A stretch of DNA of 64,000 bases from an uncultured bacterium (lineage in GTDB: Bacteria; Chloroflexota; UBA5177; JANWHV01), in the NCBI GenBank assembly GCA_963827235.1, contig CAWHAE010000016.1, forward strand, positions 864,001 to 928,000, written 5' to 3'. Positions 62,301 to 64,000 of the stretch are shown here, in pieces. Position numbers and translations under genes: made by a program. A model generated the notes under the pieces. It saw nothing but the letters and a program-made list of their open reading frames with translations, had not been told where the DNA came from and did no database searches. Numbering within the stretch: position 1 is the stretch's first letter; every line of letters begins with the position of its first letter.

Positions 62301-62553
62301 TGGCGTGAGCGGAGCCGGGGGAGGCGTGCTGTCGATACTGGGCGGAGCCGACCCGTCCGTTACAAACAGTATGTTTGCACAGTCGCGAGGCGACGGCATT
62401 TGGGCCGACGACAGGAGCAGACCGACAGTAGTGTCCTGTTCCTTCGCCAACCTGGGCGGTTCGTCGATCTCGATACCCGAGGCCGACGCCGCGAATGTGC
62501 ATGACAACGTTGTTGCTGCCGGCCAGCTGGGCGTCGACATTCGAGCTGGTTGA
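59353..62553 (+). CDS. Secreted FecR-like protein with four right-handed beta-helix-type repeats
   Basis: Signal peptide, Ig-like domain, FecR-like core (AATKGTRL), Pro-rich linker and four repeats of about 180 aa. Confidence 0.8.
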   Translation: MGTTMRLLRLGLVAVLSVVMSLPVTGRPSSVWASTARSGATAKGSAEPALRIGVRPAQINIGRDVALTVQVTGSSNRAVPGTVISITGVGLPIVGTAPHGVMTVTVHAVTLGSMLVQATSPGYASSKLVVPVVAGPPATVAAVRVGMSVLIPNAQPAPGAVGTNLLDRDQAITGSGQFASLALRDGSLVDLNSNTDVTVKDPLHVKLSSGELFLEVIHGEVSHQIQAGSAVAATKGTRLDVRLDSKTHTAVITVIEGEVLVTNNGKSVTVGTGEQSVVSASTAPRQPQAVSLGGVVSWVQNVPNTAPTTVPPVLNLPHPPPVHPVLKLPRILPVQIPLPPPAQTVTMTATNPAQALWSGVVYVPASVTVPSTATLTIAPGTVVRMERGSSLAVDGTLLAAGNATSPITFTSAAAQPQPGDWGGISVDGTAASQSVLTYVHAFYGSRSGSGEGMLTVTGGANASISDAVLAQAPDDGIWVDDSSRPTLSNCSFGSDAAFAISVSAEGAGLVTGSRLAGGQNGIEIRDTVVDHTTTWKQQDAAYTLDGATVSAGARLTIAPGTVVRMARGATLHVEGTLLAKSSSDAPIAITGQAANPTAGYWNGIVLDGAGASDSVLDNVEVYAGGSSGGNASMLSVINGSTPTIAGSVFAQSLGDGILVDDTSRPTISNCVFSADIDFAMSVPAGDAALVTGTKLDAGQDGIEVRNTSITLDGTWHKQDAPFVLDGSTLSAGVTLVIAKGTVIRMGAGATFRVLGTLVAQGTTEAPIIMTSNADDPSPGDWNAMDFAGTGTNHSVLNHVWLSYGGRGAGSGMLSALDGASPSISNSVLAQARFIGIWADDHSRPKISNCAFAAGGAAAISVPADDMRWVTSTSVGPNQEGIEIRDTPMRHDATWHFQHAPLILDGGTVGANVTLSVDPGVTLRMAKGSTFRVDGVLRAIGSANAPIVVTSNSAQPAAGNWNSIVLDGATAGKSILSHVQFSFGGVSGAGGGVLSILGGADPSVTNSMFAQSRGDGIWADDRSRPTVVSCSFANLGGSSISIPEADAANVHDNVVAAGQLGVDIRAG
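60451..62550 (+). repeat. Four tandem coding repeats of about 540 bp (180 aa)
   Basis: (I/V).(P/K)G...RM anchors at 60481, 61021, 61561 and 62098. Each unit has P..G.W..., GI..DD.SRP...C. Confidence 0.88.
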
Positions 62554-62750
62554 TAGCGCACGGCAATCACTCCCGCGGGCGTCCGCGGCCGCCGGCACAT
62601 CGAAGCTCCCGCGGGATCTGCCAATCGGTCCGTTCTCGTGCGCGTCGAAAAGCGTTTACGAGTTGCTCACACGCAGGCAACACTCTCGAGCTACTGTTGG
62701 TCGCAGGACACCTAGTAGTTGGGTGCAAACTCTGCGGGAGTGACGACGCG

Positions 62751-62942
62751 ATGGAAGCCAACGATCTTTCAGCAATGGCAGGCACCACGGTCCAGACAAC
62801 GACATTCACTATTGCACAGTTGCAGGAGCTGGAGCGACTACGTGAGCGGTATCGCCAAGGGTGTGACTTCCTGAGCGCAGGAGAGCTTGTCAACCTGCGC
62901 TTTACACGCTGGCTTTACCAGACAGGCCGGGTTGAGCCATAG
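62751..62942 (+). CDS. Small hypothetical protein (63 aa)
   Basis: GGGAG RBS. C-terminal E...L.F.RWLYQTGR motif. Confidence 0.6.
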   Translation: MEANDLSAMAGTTVQTTTFTIAQLQELERLRERYRQGCDFLSAGELVNLRFTRWLYQTGRVEP

Positions 62943-63085
62943 GCAGCCGGGCGGTGAGTGAGCCGTTCGACTCGGCATATGGGACTCCGGGAGACAGTCC
63001 CGGCTCCCGCTCTGGCAAGTAACTAGTCGCTGGCAGCCGGGGGCAGCGTGCCGCACTTCGTCGATCGAGAGATGGGCCGGCGTGT

Positions 63086-64000
63086 TCATCGATCTTGTAT
63101 TGTCAACAGATATGGATAGTCGGTCGCCTGCAACACGACGTCCACGCCGGATCTGCTCCTCGCCGTAACGCTCACAGGCACGCTGCGGTTGTGCATCGGA
63201 TCGTACGCGCTGATCTCCGCGCCGGTGCCGTCCACACCTGCCAGACTGACGGTGAATCGCTCTGGAGCAAGGTCCCTCATGATATCGCGCGTCATGACGT
63301 AGTAAGGGATCACAAACCGATGGGGATTGACTTCGAACGGAAGGAAGGTGAAAACGTCCCTGTCGTAGAGGGTGGGATGCGCCGCGGAGCCATCACCCTG
63401 GAATACCGCGTGGTTGTGCGTGTCTGCCACGGATAGCACCTCTATCGGCCGGGTTTGCCTCACCTTCAGGTCCAGTGCCTGTCGCATCTTCTGTACAATG
63501 CGTGCCGTAACCATCAGTGCCGGCGTGGTGTAGGAGGCGTCATGCGTTGGGTATGTTGCGCCGGGCTTCGATGCCAGCGACAGGATGCTCGACGACAGGA
63601 GGCCGCTGTCCGGATGGACTGCCGCATAAATGTCGACCTGCGTTGCTCCCTTGGCCAGGAAGAAACAGTAGTACCGCGAATCTGCTTTTGCCTGGATATA
63701 GAGATCGCGGTCCACTGAAACCCGCGGCCAATCCTGACGTGCCTCCAGCCCAACCTCGGTGATCCACACCGGCGTCGGCACGACCTTGCCGCCTACCTTC
63801 CGTGCGAGCCGGCCGTGCGCGACACCGTCGATGGCGGTAGTGATCGGCGCCATGTCGCGGACGACGCTGTCGGTCCGCAGGTAGGTCGCGTAGAACTCAG
63901 GGAAGAATGCCGAGTAGGAGGGCTCATATGTCGACGTATCCCGTTGGCCCAGCGCGTTGAGATGAACCTTGCTCCAGGTGTCGATCACCGAGCGATCGAA
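63086..64000 (-). CDS. Partial (5' end outside window) glycoside-hydrolase-like protein
   Basis: Frame is open to the window edge. VWITEVG resembles a clan GH-A nucleophile motif. Beta-rich C-terminal domain. Confidence 0.55.
   Translation of the reverse strand, partial: FDRSVIDTWSKVHLNALGQRDTSTYEPSYSAFFPEFYATYLRTDSVVRDMAPITTAIDGVAHGRLARKVGGKVVPTPVWITEVGLEARQDWPRVSVDRDLYIQAKADSRYYCFFLAKGATQVDIYAAVHPDSGLLSSSILSLASKPGATYPTHDASYTTPALMVTARIVQKMRQALDLKVRQTRPIEVLSVADTHNHAVFQGDGSAAHPTLYDRDVFTFLPFEVNPHRFVIPYYVMTRDIMRDLAPERFTVSLAGVDGTGAEISAYDPMHNRSVPVSVTARSRSGVDVVLQATDYPYLLTIQDR

Overview
High-GC bacterial chromosomal window. A monoderm soil lineage such as Chloroflexota is inferred from the types of secreted protein and small protein, but this is not proven. 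No rRNA, tRNA or CRISPR array was seen. Left third: a papain-like peptidase, threonine dehydratase, a truncated OmpR remnant, a hmuTUV heme ABC transporter, a GT2-Wzx pair, tam, and secreted proteins. These are followed by a LacI-controlled arabinan/arabinoside utilisation operon (ABC transporter, GH93-like, GH2, GH51) with a clear promoter and two palindromic operators. An intact 1,840-bp ISKra4/ISLre2-type IS with 23-bp terminal inverted repeats and a 10-bp target duplication sits at the GH51 stop codon, followed by a frameshifted surface protein with 270-bp repeats. The most interesting part is 32.7-59.3 kb. It has (i) a SnoaL/NTF2 x4 plus GMC oxidoreductase operon; (ii) a candidate cAMP circuit (PAS protein, MBL hydrolase, CHASE2 cyclase, FecR-like partner, cNMP sensor); and (iii) a long operon: AGE epimerase-STAS-GlgX-STAS-PP2C-RsbW-MinD-like-wHTH-membrane HAMP sensor-GNAT-DJ-1-ThDP enzyme-DJ-1-VOC-SnoaL-TMEM175. 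Two unrelated sensors in this locus end in the same non-catalytic IEID..EI..TDFF..LQ tail. This points to an undescribed signal-output module that may be coupled to an atypical MinD-like ATPase and a sigma-less partner switch, possibly controlling a PKS-free, sugar-derived metabolite pathway. All calls come from reading motifs by eye; no database search was run.
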